In this document: positions 11,092-21,249 of the stretch, in pieces
Layout: each line of letters starts with the position of its first letter
Position numbering within the stretch: position 1 is the first letter of the stretch
Source: Leptospira sp.
Lineage (GTDB): Bacteria; Spirochaetota; Leptospiria; Leptospirales; Leptospiraceae
Direction of reading: 5' to 3'
Assembly: GCA_034439575.1 (NCBI GenBank)
Contig: JAWXAQ010000008.1
Location: 96,001-160,000, forward strand
Length of the DNA: 64,000 nt
Notes under the pieces: generated by a model
Databases searched by the model: none
What the model saw: the letters and a program-made list of their open reading frames with translations, nothing else
Told to the model about the DNA's origin: nothing
Position numbers and translations under genes: made by a program

Positions 11092-12098
11092 TTAAGTGGA
11101 CCAATCTCCAATTTTGTTTTTGAAGTGGGTCTTTCTTTTACCATTTGCCTCACAAGTGCTATGATCTCTAGATTTTTCTTTCCTGTTTTTTCATAGTATG
11201 CTTCGAGTAAGTCGATGCCTTTTTGGGTGAGGTTTTGCATATGAAATATAGTAGCTTCTGTGCAAATCGCAGTTTCTGTAATTTTATCTGGATTTTCTGT
11301 TTTCGCGCTTCTTAACAGAGATAAAGAAGCAACATAATCCTTTTTATAATATTTGCCCATGCCTCTTAAGAAATTTTCTTCTCTAGGGGAAAACTTAATT
11401 TCTCCTTTATAATTGGCCTGTTTTGTTGTTTCGATAATCTTTTCTAGACCAATTGCATCTCCCGCCTGCATCATGTTAAATGTCATTAGCCATATATACA
11501 TAGATTGGAATTCGGGAGAAAGTTTTTCTGAATCTATATCACTATAATCTTTTGTGAGTGTGATGGGTTTTTTTACTTGTCTGTGTGTTTCCGTTAAAAA
11601 CAAAAGTGCTCTATTGTTGTCCCAATCTTGAAAAGGTGAAGTTGATAGAGCTTCCGCTTGCCTAACTTTCCAAAAAATTTGGTCCATAGTTTCTTCTGAT
11701 AATTGTGTGCGACCTATAAAATCAGAAAAATTGGAACCCAGATTTAATACTAAACTGGATGAATCAAAAACTATGCCAAGTCTTACCAAATTCCAAAATA
11801 AACTTCTTCCGATTAGGTGGGATGCGACCGGATCTATCGGATCTTTTTCTAAATACGTTTCTGCTACAGATTGAAAATCTAAAATATCCTGTTCTCTTAG
11901 GTTTTGTGTTTTCCAGAGTTCGATAATTTTATCTTTCGACTTTTCGGCTCGAATACTTTGGTCACGGGCAAATAAAAAGTAAATATCACGACGATAAAAA
12001 TAACCAAGTGTTATGATTCCTAAAAGAAAAATTAGAAAAAACCAATTTGATTTTGATTTCTTTTTTCTATGAGGTTCGTATCTAGAATAAATTACCAT
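11088..12098 (-). CDS. Membrane-anchored helical-repeat (TPR-like) hypothetical protein
   Basis: Basic N-terminus, one TM helix, helical repeat-like C-terminus; start chosen at ATG 12098. Confidence 0.6.
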   Translation of the reverse strand: MVIYSRYEPHRKKKSKSNWFFLIFLLGIITLGYFYRRDIYFLFARDQSIRAEKSKDKIIELWKTQNLREQDILDFQSVAETYLEKDPIDPVASHLIGRSLFWNLVRLGIVFDSSSLVLNLGSNFSDFIGRTQLSEETMDQIFWKVRQAEALSTSPFQDWDNNRALLFLTETHRQVKKPITLTKDYSDIDSEKLSPEFQSMYIWLMTFNMMQAGDAIGLEKIIETTKQANYKGEIKFSPREENFLRGMGKYYKKDYVASLSLLRSAKTENPDKITETAICTEATIFHMQNLTQKGIDLLEAYYEKTGKKNLEIIALVRQMVKERPTSKTKLEIGPLK

Positions 12099-12130
12099 AC
12101 GCACTTTCCATTTTTTTTTTACCTCCCCAC

Positions 12131-12159
12131 TTGACACGGCTTTTTCTTTGTGATTTAGT
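12131..12159 (+). promoter_or_regulatory. Candidate sigma70 promoter
   Basis: TTGACA (12131-12136), 17-nt spacer ending in TGn, TTTAGT (12154-12159), about 10 nt before ATG 12169; the -10 is imperfect. Confidence 0.4.
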
Positions 12160-12168
12160 GTGAGGGGT

Positions 12169-12348
12169 ATGGAAGAAGAAATTTTAGACGACGATGAATT
12201 TGATGTAGAGAGCCTAAATGAAGATGGGGTTACCTACGCTTGTGAAGATTGTGACCACCGTTGGGAGGCTGATACGGAAGAGGACTACTTGGATTCATGG
12301 GAATTGATCTGCCCCATGTGCGGTTCTGCGAACATCACAGAATTATAG
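12169..12348 (+). CDS. Small acidic zinc-ribbon protein
   Basis: YACEDCDHRWE and ICPMCGS CxxC pairs; very Asp/Glu rich. Confidence 0.75.
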   Translation: MEEEILDDDEFDVESLNEDGVTYACEDCDHRWEADTEEDYLDSWELICPMCGSANITEL

Positions 12349-12352
12349 ATAA

Positions 12353-12895
12353 TTGTTCCGGTTTGGATTTTATCTTCTTTTTTATTTAACTGCTCTATTT
12401 TCAATTAGTAGCGAAGAAATTTCTTTTAAATATGTTCATGAAGAATATAAAAAAGGAAACTATGAAACTGTCTCTCGACTAACAAAGAAATTTTTAAAAT
12501 CAACGGACACAGATACCGACCCCCGGTTTTTCTTTTTATATGTTTCTACAGAAAAAGATTGGTTAAGTCTTAAAAAGACAGTGCAATTGGTAGCCCCTAC
12601 CTTATCAAAAAATTCAACATTCTATTGGAATGCCATTTATCTTTTTATGGAAAAAGCACTTGTTCTTGGGGAAAGTGATTTGCTAATCAAATATGGTAAA
12701 ATATTTCAAAAAGAAGGAAAGGCATCTGACCGTTATACTGACGCTTTATTTATGTTAGCTTATGGTCTATCCGATTTAAAGAATACAGCAGAAGCATTGA
12801 AAGTTTTAGAAGAACTTGAAAAACTAAATCTGAGTGAAAAACTGAAAAACCAAGTTACAGAACTTAACGAAGAAATTAAGGGAAGTAAAATTTAA
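12353..12895 (+). CDS. Exported TPR-like hypothetical protein
   Basis: Signal peptide and TPR-like segment DALFMLAYGLSDLKNTAEALKVLEEL. Confidence 0.6.
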   Translation: MFRFGFYLLFYLTALFSISSEEISFKYVHEEYKKGNYETVSRLTKKFLKSTDTDTDPRFFFLYVSTEKDWLSLKKTVQLVAPTLSKNSTFYWNAIYLFMEKALVLGESDLLIKYGKIFQKEGKASDRYTDALFMLAYGLSDLKNTAEALKVLEELEKLNLSEKLKNQVTELNEEIKGSKI

Positions 12896-13491
12896 TGAAA
12901 TCTCTCCGTGTAGCAGGTGGTAAGTGGAAAGGCAAAGAAATTCCTGCGCCCGAGGAAGTATCAGGTCATCTAAATTTTACAAATAGTCTTATGAAAAAAT
13001 CAATATTTGATCTTATTGATTCAAAATTAGAAGTTTGGAATCTAGATATTGACCAGGCATTGTTTTGTGACTATTTTTCAGGTTCGGGCCAAATTGCAGC
13101 CGAGGCATATAGCCGAGGTTATCAAAAAATTTTGGTGTATGAATTGGACCAGAAACGATTTTCATCTTTACTGAGTTTGTTTAAAGGCTTAGTCAACATT
13201 AAACTTTTCAGAAAGGATGCCACAAAACACGCATTAAAATGGGAAATCTCTACCGAATCAGCATATATTTTTTATTTGGATCCGCCGTATACTTATTGGT
13301 CTGTCACACCAGATAGAATGCACAATATGATTGTTAGTCTTTATCAATATCTTAAAACTTTAGAAAAACCATTCGTTATACTTTCTCAAATTCCGGAACG
13401 ACAGAAAGTAGATAAAATTTGGGAAGGATTGCCATTTAAAGAAAGAGAATATGGAAGCCATTCTTTAATTGAATTAACGAGTGATAGCTGA
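12895..13491 (+). CDS. rsmD: RsmD-family RNA methyltransferase (divergent)
   Basis: LRVAGGKWKG N-terminus, DYFSGSG SAM motif, EAYSRG, YLDPPY, REYG. Confidence 0.75.
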   Translation: MKSLRVAGGKWKGKEIPAPEEVSGHLNFTNSLMKKSIFDLIDSKLEVWNLDIDQALFCDYFSGSGQIAAEAYSRGYQKILVYELDQKRFSSLLSLFKGLVNIKLFRKDATKHALKWEISTESAYIFYLDPPYTYWSVTPDRMHNMIVSLYQYLKTLEKPFVILSQIPERQKVDKIWEGLPFKEREYGSHSLIELTSDS

Positions 13492-13502
13492 AAAAATAGA
13501 TA

Positions 13503-15614
13503 ATGAAATTCGTATTCGTTATTTGTTTGTTAACTTTTAGTTTGCCAAAATATGCAAACGAAACTTTGCCTGATTATTTTTCTGTAAAATCAAATTATAA
13601 GCCATCTGATATTTTGTATTTTGATCGAAATGAAAATCCATTCCAATCCGTTCGCGTAAGAAATGATTACCGTTCCGAAGAATGGTTTGATTTGGAAGAA
13701 ATCTCTCCTTTATTAATTAATGCTGTGATTTTCTCAGAGGATCAGAAATTCTATGAGCATAGTGGAGTCGATAGTGTAGCCTTTCTTGGTTCTCTTTGGA
13801 ATTGGATATTTGGAAGAACACTTAGAGGTGGTTCCACCATTAGCATGCAGTTAGTCGGAATTTTAGAACCAGATTTAAAGTTAAAAAAAGGAAAAAGATC
13901 TCTTCCACAAAAGTTAAAACAGATTCAAAAAGCAACTTCTCTTGAAGAAATATGGACGAAAAAACAAATATTAACTGCCTACTTCAATTTAGTTTTTTTT
14001 CGGGGGGAACTACGTGGAATTGGTTCTGCAGCAAAGGGTCTTTTTAATAAAAAGCCATTGCACTTAACGGAAAATGAATCGTATATTCTTGCCGCATTGA
14101 TTCGTTCTCCCGAAGGAAACATTGAAAAAGTGACCCAAAGATCTTGTTTGATTCAAAAACAAATGAATTTAGATAAAACAAACGATTGCGAAATTCTTGC
14201 ACATTTAGCCAAACAAGCGTTATATAAAAATTCGAGTTATTCTTCCTCACCCAATTTCGGAAAACACTTTATAAAACAATTCCTAAGTGAGAATAATAAT
14301 ACTAAAAATCTCAGCATTTCGAAAATACATCAAAGTAAATTTGAAAAAATTCTTAAAAATCAAATTGCACCGCTACGCAAACAGATGGTAGACGATGGTG
14401 CTATTCTTGTTCTGCACAATAGAACGGGAGAAGTCATCGCTTATGTAGCGAATACTGGAACAGAAAGTGAAGTTTCAGAATTGGACTTAATTCAAACCAA
14501 AAGGCAAGCGGGATCAACTTTGAAACCATTTGTGTATGCACAAAGTTTCGAAGAATCAAAGTTAACGCCTACATCAATTTTGAATGATGCGCCAATAGAC
14601 ATTCCTGTTTTTAGAGGAATATATAGACCTTTAAACTATGATAAGTCTTTTAAAGGAAAAGTAACTGTGAGAGAAAGTTTGGGATCTTCTTTGAATATTC
14701 CAGCTGTGCGTACATTATCGTATTTAGATATGGGTATGTTTTTAAATACCCTTGCAAATTTAGGTTTTAAAAAACTCGCTTATCCAGAATTTTATGGACC
14801 ATCCCTTGCTCTTGGAACGGCTGATGTATCTTTATGGGAATTAACAAATGCGTATCGAACACTTGCCAATGGTGGAGAATTCTCGGAACCAAGTGTTACT
14901 CTCGAAGAAAAACTCAATTCACCTAACAATAGTAAAAAGAAAAGTCTTAGGATCTTTCGAGAATCTGTATCTTTTTTAATTACAAATATTCTTTCCGATC
15001 GCGAAGCTAGGTCTCTTAGTTTTGGATGGGAAAATAATCTTTCGACTCCATTTTTTACGGCCGTCAAAACAGGAACGAGCCAAGATATGCGTGATAATTG
15101 GTGTGTTGGGTATTCCAGTGAATATACTGTGGGAGTATGGGTCGGAAATACTAAGGGTATACCTATGCGAGATGTAAGTGGTGTTTCTGGTGCGGGTCCG
15201 ATTTGGCGTGAAGTTATGGAAGAATTGCATTATGAAACACCATCCAAAAAGCCCTTACCACCGCAAGGTGTTGTTTATTCAAAGCTTAAAAATTCATATT
15301 ATGAATCTGGAATGGAATTGATTGAGGATGAAGTGAATAGTTTTAGGAATCATAATCAAAGCATACCTTTTAAGATTGAATCACCAACGGATTCTGCTAT
15401 ATTTGCATATGACTATGATATTCCCAAAAGCCAACAACGTATTTTGTTTAGACTAAATAAATATGATCAAAATCTAATTTGGGTTTTAAATGGCAAACGC
15501 TTAGAAAATGCTAGAGATGCCTTGCTTTGGAATGTTGAGAAAGGTATTTTTATACTAGAACTAATAGATAAGAATGAGAAAACGATTGATAAAATTAATT
15601 TTGAAGTAAGATAA
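13503..15614 (+). CDS. pbpC: Penicillin-binding protein 1C (transglycosylase-transpeptidase)
   Basis: EDQKFYEHSGVD, RGGSTISMQ, GSTLKPF (SxxK), SLNIP (SxN), KTGTS, and PBP1C-type C-terminal domain. Confidence 0.9.
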   Translation: MKFVFVICLLTFSLPKYANETLPDYFSVKSNYKPSDILYFDRNENPFQSVRVRNDYRSEEWFDLEEISPLLINAVIFSEDQKFYEHSGVDSVAFLGSLWNWIFGRTLRGGSTISMQLVGILEPDLKLKKGKRSLPQKLKQIQKATSLEEIWTKKQILTAYFNLVFFRGELRGIGSAAKGLFNKKPLHLTENESYILAALIRSPEGNIEKVTQRSCLIQKQMNLDKTNDCEILAHLAKQALYKNSSYSSSPNFGKHFIKQFLSENNNTKNLSISKIHQSKFEKILKNQIAPLRKQMVDDGAILVLHNRTGEVIAYVANTGTESEVSELDLIQTKRQAGSTLKPFVYAQSFEESKLTPTSILNDAPIDIPVFRGIYRPLNYDKSFKGKVTVRESLGSSLNIPAVRTLSYLDMGMFLNTLANLGFKKLAYPEFYGPSLALGTADVSLWELTNAYRTLANGGEFSEPSVTLEEKLNSPNNSKKKSLRIFRESVSFLITNILSDREARSLSFGWENNLSTPFFTAVKTGTSQDMRDNWCVGYSSEYTVGVWVGNTKGIPMRDVSGVSGAGPIWREVMEELHYETPSKKPLPPQGVVYSKLKNSYYESGMELIEDEVNSFRNHNQSIPFKIESPTDSAIFAYDYDIPKSQQRILFRLNKYDQNLIWVLNGKRLENARDALLWNVEKGIFILELIDKNEKTIDKINFEVR

Positions 15615-15620
15615 TTCTTA

Positions 15621-16046
15621 ATGGCAAAACCTATAAAATACAAACATAGATACTTTCAACAAGTTGCATGGGGAGAAATGGATGCATTTGGCCATGTGAA
15701 TAATGTAACCTATGTTAGGTATTTTGAGTCTGCAAGAGCTGACTATTTTTCCGCCGAAATATTGTGGGAATCTCCTTTAAAACCAGCCAAAGCCGGTCCA
15801 GTTTTAACACATTTAGATATGGATTATCGCAAACAGGTTGTATTTCCTGCCACTTTAGAAATCACTCTGGAAGTGGATTCCATATCTTCTCGTGGTTTTA
15901 GTGTTATATGTTCAATGTGGAATCAAAGTGATGAGTGTGTTGCGACTGCAAGTGCAGGTCTTGTATGGTTTGATTTTCAATCCAATCGTCCCGCTCAAAT
16001 TCCAGTTATCTTTCACCAAAAATTTGGAAATAAGAAAGAAAATTAA
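15621..16046 (+). CDS. Acyl-CoA thioesterase (4HBT/YbgC hot-dog family)
   Basis: WGEMDAFGHVNNVTYVRYFESAR. Confidence 0.9.
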   Translation: MAKPIKYKHRYFQQVAWGEMDAFGHVNNVTYVRYFESARADYFSAEILWESPLKPAKAGPVLTHLDMDYRKQVVFPATLEITLEVDSISSRGFSVICSMWNQSDECVATASAGLVWFDFQSNRPAQIPVIFHQKFGNKKEN

Positions 16047-16062
16047 ATATGGTATGTGATTT

Positions 16063-17352
16063 ATGAGCAATAAACGAAAAGAGATAGACAAGTTCCGGTT
16101 AGACGAAGAGGTATTAAAAATATCTCGCATCTGTTTGGCAGTTTTTGTCGCTTTTATCGGATTTGGAATTTTTGCTCCGACGGAAGAACTCGGACTTTAT
16201 GATCCGGCTTGGATTCGCATAGTACATTCTGGAATCACTTTAATTTTTATATTTTTAACATATGTCTCAAGTATTGTCAGAAAATACATTCAGCCAATTA
16301 TGCTCGTATTTTTTTATACTATGAGTGGTCATTCCTTAATTTTACTTTATTGGAATTCACTTTACATCGGTTATTTGGTGGGTATGATTTTGGTCATTAC
16401 TTGTATAGGTGTAAGTTTTGTAGAACGTCGATGGTTAGTTCATTATTTGGGTTTTGTGATTTCTGTTGGAATTTTGGTCGGAATTTATTCAGAAAAACCT
16501 CAAGTTGATTTGTCTTTATATTTATCATCCATATTAACGCCTGCTATTGTTTCATACCTTACTCTTAATGTTCGATTAAGTTCTGTAGAGAAATTGCGCG
16601 AATCGCAAATACAGTTAAAATCTTTCCATGATCGGATTAGTAATGATTTGGAAATGGCACAAGAAACTCAAAATAATTTGGTAACAAAAGAATGGCCAAA
16701 GACCAAAGGTTTTAAATGTAGTACATTTTTTAAGTCATTTGAAAAAGTAGGCGGAGATGCTATAAGTTTTTTAGTTCGACCAGATAATAAGTTCGTCCTA
16801 TTTTTCGCTGACGTCGCAGGGCATGGTATAGCATCTGCTATGGTTTCAGCTATGGCGGTATTATCTTTTAAAACTCATGCTTTAAATGAACCAGATCCAG
16901 CAAAATGTTTAAAAGCCATGCATATAGATCTCATATCACTGGTTAGAACAAATCATATTAGTGCATGTATTGTTTATTATTCTCCAGAGGACAAAAAAAT
17001 TACTTATTGTTATGCGGGTCATCCCCCTCTGTTGCATTTACATTCTGGAAATGAAGTGAATCTATTGGAAGGAAATGGTACTTTGATCGTTTCACCCCTA
17101 GAACCTAAATTAAAGAATTTTCAAAAACAATTGGAAAGTGGAGACAAAATTCTTTTTTACTCAGATGGTATAAGTGATGTTTATGACGAAGAGGAAGTGG
17201 AATTCGGAATGCTTCGTCTTATAGAAAGCTTTAAAAAAAATGCAAGTTTATCTGGTGAAATTTTATTACAATCTATATTTGATGAAGCGATTTCTTATTC
17301 GAATCAAATTGCTTCAGATGATATGAGTATGTTGGTATTTGAAATCGAATGA
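16063..17352 (+). CDS. Membrane PP2C/SpoIIE-family Ser/Thr phosphatase
   Basis: About 6 N-terminal TM helices; VGGD, ADVAGHG, AGHPP, YSDGI, DDMS. Confidence 0.9.
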   Translation: MSNKRKEIDKFRLDEEVLKISRICLAVFVAFIGFGIFAPTEELGLYDPAWIRIVHSGITLIFIFLTYVSSIVRKYIQPIMLVFFYTMSGHSLILLYWNSLYIGYLVGMILVITCIGVSFVERRWLVHYLGFVISVGILVGIYSEKPQVDLSLYLSSILTPAIVSYLTLNVRLSSVEKLRESQIQLKSFHDRISNDLEMAQETQNNLVTKEWPKTKGFKCSTFFKSFEKVGGDAISFLVRPDNKFVLFFADVAGHGIASAMVSAMAVLSFKTHALNEPDPAKCLKAMHIDLISLVRTNHISACIVYYSPEDKKITYCYAGHPPLLHLHSGNEVNLLEGNGTLIVSPLEPKLKNFQKQLESGDKILFYSDGISDVYDEEEVEFGMLRLIESFKKNASLSGEILLQSIFDEAISYSNQIASDDMSMLVFEIE

Positions 17353-18491
17353 AAATAAACACATTGCTCCTTCCTTTTCGCTGGTTCAAACAAGAATTCA
17401 TTCCTTTTCGGATATTAGATAAATATTTATTTTTTGATTTTTTAAAGAATTTTTTAGGAACCCTTATCCTATTAACTTCAATGATTATTATATACGAATT
17501 TACGAATAACATGAAATACCTCGTATCTTCGAAAGTTGATCAACAACACGTATATCTTTATATTTTATTTTCAGTTCCTGGAATGCTTGTGCAAGTAGTT
17601 TCCCCTGCGCTTATGTTTTCTGTATGTTTTGTAGTAGGTCAGTATAGCGTCAATAAAGAGTTAGTTGCAATTATGGTTGCCGGCGTTTCATTTTTAAGAA
17701 TCATTACTCCGATTTTGTTTTTTGGATTTTGTATTTGGATATTTATGTCATTCTTTACGCAATTTGTTGTAATACCTTCAAATAAAAAAGCGCAAATAGA
17801 ATATAGCTATATGATTAAGGGTGCGAACAAACTAGTTGATTTCGTTTACCAATTGCACATCAAAGGAAAAAACGGATTCTATTATGTGTATTGGATTGAT
17901 GAAAAAGAAAATATAGTGAAAGGCGGATTTAATTACATCGATATCAGTCCTGAAGGTTTGCCAAACTATGTTGTATCTTCACAAAAGGCACAATTTATTC
18001 CCAACCCTCACCATTGGACATTATTCGATGCAGAAGAAATTCGGTTCAATAAAGATTTAGAAATCATTTCCCGTGAAAAATTTTCTTCGAAGGACTATCC
18101 GTTTCCAGAAGATGTAAGTTATTTTTCAAAACCTACAAGAAATCCTGAGCAGATGAATTTTTTTGAACTGGCAGAAGAAATTGAATCGAGAATCATCAAA
18201 GGGATACCATATCGTGATGTGATCGTCCAAAGGCATGCAACATTTGCTATGCCATTAATGTCGTTTGTGGTTGTCGCCTTAGGCGCATTAGCTGGAGCGA
18301 TTACAAAGAGATCAGCGGGTGTTGCTTCTCTGGGATTGACTATTGCTGTTGTCCTACTGTATTATATCTTATATTCGACGATGAAGACCTTGGCTGAAAA
18401 TGGGGGGCTACCTATTTGGTTTGGAATATGGTTTACTCCGACTCTTTTTATTTCAGCCGCCTATATTCTGTATAGGCGAATGAATATATAA
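17349..18491 (+). CDS. LptF/LptG family LPS export permease
   Basis: ILDKYL, ELVAIMVAGVS..RI..P motif, 3+3 TM layout with periplasmic beta domain. Confidence 0.88.
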   Translation: MKINTLLLPFRWFKQEFIPFRILDKYLFFDFLKNFLGTLILLTSMIIIYEFTNNMKYLVSSKVDQQHVYLYILFSVPGMLVQVVSPALMFSVCFVVGQYSVNKELVAIMVAGVSFLRIITPILFFGFCIWIFMSFFTQFVVIPSNKKAQIEYSYMIKGANKLVDFVYQLHIKGKNGFYYVYWIDEKENIVKGGFNYIDISPEGLPNYVVSSQKAQFIPNPHHWTLFDAEEIRFNKDLEIISREKFSSKDYPFPEDVSYFSKPTRNPEQMNFFELAEEIESRIIKGIPYRDVIVQRHATFAMPLMSFVVVALGALAGAITKRSAGVASLGLTIAVVLLYYILYSTMKTLAENGGLPIWFGIWFTPTLFISAAYILYRRMNI

Positions 18492-18492
18492 A

Positions 18493-19935
18493 TTATTCGG
18501 TAAGGAATATTCTTTTATACAAATCTGTTTGTAAAATACCTTTCGGATCATATTTTTTCTTAAGAGTTTTGAATTTTTTCAGGTTTTCCTTCGGAAAATA
18601 AGATTCCATAATTCGTTTTCTGAGGGTTGAATCTTTGGCAAAGTAAAATTTGCCTCTATTTCGAATCACGACTTCATCCATCGCATAACATAGATTCCAT
18701 AACTTTTCACGATTTCTTTTTGTCACTGGAAAATCCATAGCCATCGAATAACCATCTACAGAATGGGTGAGTAAAAATGGGTCTGGTTTATGTTTTTTGA
18801 AAACTGACAAATAATTAATGATCCCTGCTTTTTGTCCAAGTTCAAATAATTCTTTCATGGCTTCTTTCGCAGTTTCTTTTGGAAGGAAAACTTGGTATTG
18901 AATCATGGCACCTGGTTTGTAAATAAATTTCCAATTTGGTACATAATCAAGTAAGAATGCGTATTCTGCATGACCCTGGAAATAATCTTTGTGATTCACT
19001 AAAATACTTGCCACGTACTTTGCATAATTTATAAGTCGCATGCCTAAATTGAAACTAAATGGTTTCATTAATATCCACATCCATTTTTTAGGAATAACAA
19101 AGAATAGGCGAGAAGGTAGATGTTGGTTTTCCAATTTACAATTTTCAGGAAAATCTGGATCTTCTCCTGGTTTAAGATTCACCGCTTTATGAATCTGACC
19201 TCGACCCAAAGATTTTCCGCTACCAAAGGCATCAATCCATCCCACGAGGTAATCGGATTTTTTATATTCCTCTTCAAAATAAGTAAATAATTCATCAAAA
19301 TTTTTAACTACAACTGGTGTGATTTTCATTTTGCCAGCATATATTTTTTTCATTTTGATTTTGATTGTAAGAAAGCAACCTAACATACCAAAACCGGAAA
19401 TGGCAGAATAAAATAGATCCGAATTTGTTTTTGGAGAACATTTGAGAATTTCCCCCTTCGCCGTAAGAAAAGTGAACTCTAAGATATGTTCACCGATAGT
19501 TCCGACTTGAAAGTTATTTTTGCCATGGATATTCATTGAGAGTGCACCACCTAATGTCGGCATCATGGTGCCAGAGACGACGGGTGGCCAATATCCTTTT
19601 TCGATTCCTGTTTGCCAAAGATCACGGATTCGTGCGCCTGATTGGACTGTCATAATTCCAGTTTTGGTATCGAAATCTAATACTTTGTTAAATGATGTTA
19701 GATCTAGTACGATGCCATCTACATTTGTGGAAGCATCCCCATAACTACAACCACCACCTCTTAGGGCTATTTTGATTTGATTTTGATTTGCCCACAAAAA
19801 AATATCTTTGATTTCTGCATCTGTTGTCGGTCGTAGAACAGAGCTTAGAGAGTAGGAACTCATTCCCCAAGCTTCTACTTTTTCTGATTTAGGTAATTGT
19901 ATCTCGGGATTTTTTTTTGATTTTTTACTAAGCAT
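18493..19935 (-). CDS. FAD-linked oxidase, DprE1-like (decaprenylphosphoryl-ribose oxidase family)
   Basis: [55 protein letters not shown]. Confidence 0.82.
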   Translation of the reverse strand: MLSKKSKKNPEIQLPKSEKVEAWGMSSYSLSSVLRPTTDAEIKDIFLWANQNQIKIALRGGGCSYGDASTNVDGIVLDLTSFNKVLDFDTKTGIMTVQSGARIRDLWQTGIEKGYWPPVVSGTMMPTLGGALSMNIHGKNNFQVGTIGEHILEFTFLTAKGEILKCSPKTNSDLFYSAISGFGMLGCFLTIKIKMKKIYAGKMKITPVVVKNFDELFTYFEEEYKKSDYLVGWIDAFGSGKSLGRGQIHKAVNLKPGEDPDFPENCKLENQHLPSRLFFVIPKKWMWILMKPFSFNLGMRLINYAKYVASILVNHKDYFQGHAEYAFLLDYVPNWKFIYKPGAMIQYQVFLPKETAKEAMKELFELGQKAGIINYLSVFKKHKPDPFLLTHSVDGYSMAMDFPVTKRNREKLWNLCYAMDEVVIRNRGKFYFAKDSTLRKRIMESYFPKENLKKFKTLKKKYDPKGILQTDLYKRIFLTE

Positions 19936-19937
19936 AT

Positions 19938-20690
19938 CTAGATACTCATCTTCTTAAAAATAAAATTTGGAATATTTCGAATGATAAAACCTACAAATCT
20001 CCATATTCCTGGGACAAAGGCTTCATCTTTTCCTTTAGAAACGATTTGAATTATTTTTTCTGCAGCTTCATCGGCAGAAATTGCTTTTAACAAACCTTTT
20101 TCGGGAAGTTTTATTCCTTTGACCATGTCCGTTTTTACAAAGCCAGGTTTAATCGTAGTTACTTGTACATTAACTTCAGAAAGCCGATTCCTGATCGCCT
20201 CCAAATAGTTGTTAAGTGCCGCCTTGGACGCATTGTACACTGGATTCCCTTTCCTACCTCTTTCACCGGCTATGGAAGATATTCCTATAATTTTTCCTTT
20301 TTTATGTTCTGTAAAATAGTTTGCCGCTGGATTGAGATAAGCCATAGCACCTAAAGTATTTACATTCATCATGGAAAGATCTTTGTACGTATTGTACTCC
20401 TTTTTCCCAATAGTTGGCATGACACCTGCTGCATAATAAATCTCATCCAATCCTTGAAGTGTGGAGACTGCCTTTGCAAAGATTTTTTCGGCAGTTTTAA
20501 AATCAGACACATCAGCTACGATATAATGAGCACTTTTTTTCTTCTGTGAATTCCATGGAGAACATACCTTTTTTAATTCTTGCTCCCTTCTTGCAATTAG
20601 GAGCACTTCAGATCCCTTTCTTAGTTCTGCTTCAGCGATTGCCCTGCCAATTCCGCTAGAACCACCTACAATGATTATTTTTTTCACCAT
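19938..20690 (-). CDS. SDR oxidoreductase, DprE2-like
   Basis: [36 protein letters not shown]; directly upstream of the DprE1-like gene. Confidence 0.82.
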   Translation of the reverse strand: MVKKIIIVGGSSGIGRAIAEAELRKGSEVLLIARREQELKKVCSPWNSQKKKSAHYIVADVSDFKTAEKIFAKAVSTLQGLDEIYYAAGVMPTIGKKEYNTYKDLSMMNVNTLGAMAYLNPAANYFTEHKKGKIIGISSIAGERGRKGNPVYNASKAALNNYLEAIRNRLSEVNVQVTTIKPGFVKTDMVKGIKLPEKGLLKAISADEAAEKIIQIVSKGKDEAFVPGIWRFVGFIIRNIPNFIFKKMSI

Positions 20691-20742
20691 GCTTACTATT
20701 TTTTGGTTTTATGGAATCTGGCAAGTTCATTCAATAGGGGAA

Positions 20743-21243
20743 GTGTCCAATTCTACACGAATATTGATTGATGGGATGAATTTGATGTACAAATTCCCTG
20801 ATTTGGCCTTTATGTTGGTCGAATTTCGGATAGATGACGCACGTGCTGGGCTTTTAGCATACCTTTGGCAATTCTACCACGATAAAAAAGACATTCAAGT
20901 CCTCGTGTTTTTTGATGGAAGAAAGACAAATAACGAAGATTGTTATTCGGAGTCTTATGAAGGTATGTCCGTTCATTACAGTCACGAAAAAAAAGCGGAT
21001 GAATTGATCATCGGTTACCTAACCTTAGCACCAGTTCCTTCACAATGTTTGGTGATCACTTCAGATAAAGAAATTATAAACTTTGCGCGTCGTATCGGTG
21101 CCAAAAGGATTTCATCTGAAGATTTTCATAAAGACTGGGTCTCATTTGTCGAAGCAGAATCCGATACAGTAGAAAACCAAGTGAAGGAGGGTTTAGCTGA
21201 AATGCCTGAAAAAGATTATTGGGCAAAACAGTTTTTGACCTAA
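20743..21243 (+). CDS. NYN/PIN-fold ribonuclease (YacP/Rae1-like)
   Basis: LIDGMNL, VFFDG, KADELI, VITSDKEI acidic motifs; GTG 20743 after an AGGGGA SD. Confidence 0.8.
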   Translation: MSNSTRILIDGMNLMYKFPDLAFMLVEFRIDDARAGLLAYLWQFYHDKKDIQVLVFFDGRKTNNEDCYSESYEGMSVHYSHEKKADELIIGYLTLAPVPSQCLVITSDKEIINFARRIGAKRISSEDFHKDWVSFVEAESDTVENQVKEGLAEMPEKDYWAKQFLT

Positions 21244-21249
21244 ATAAAT

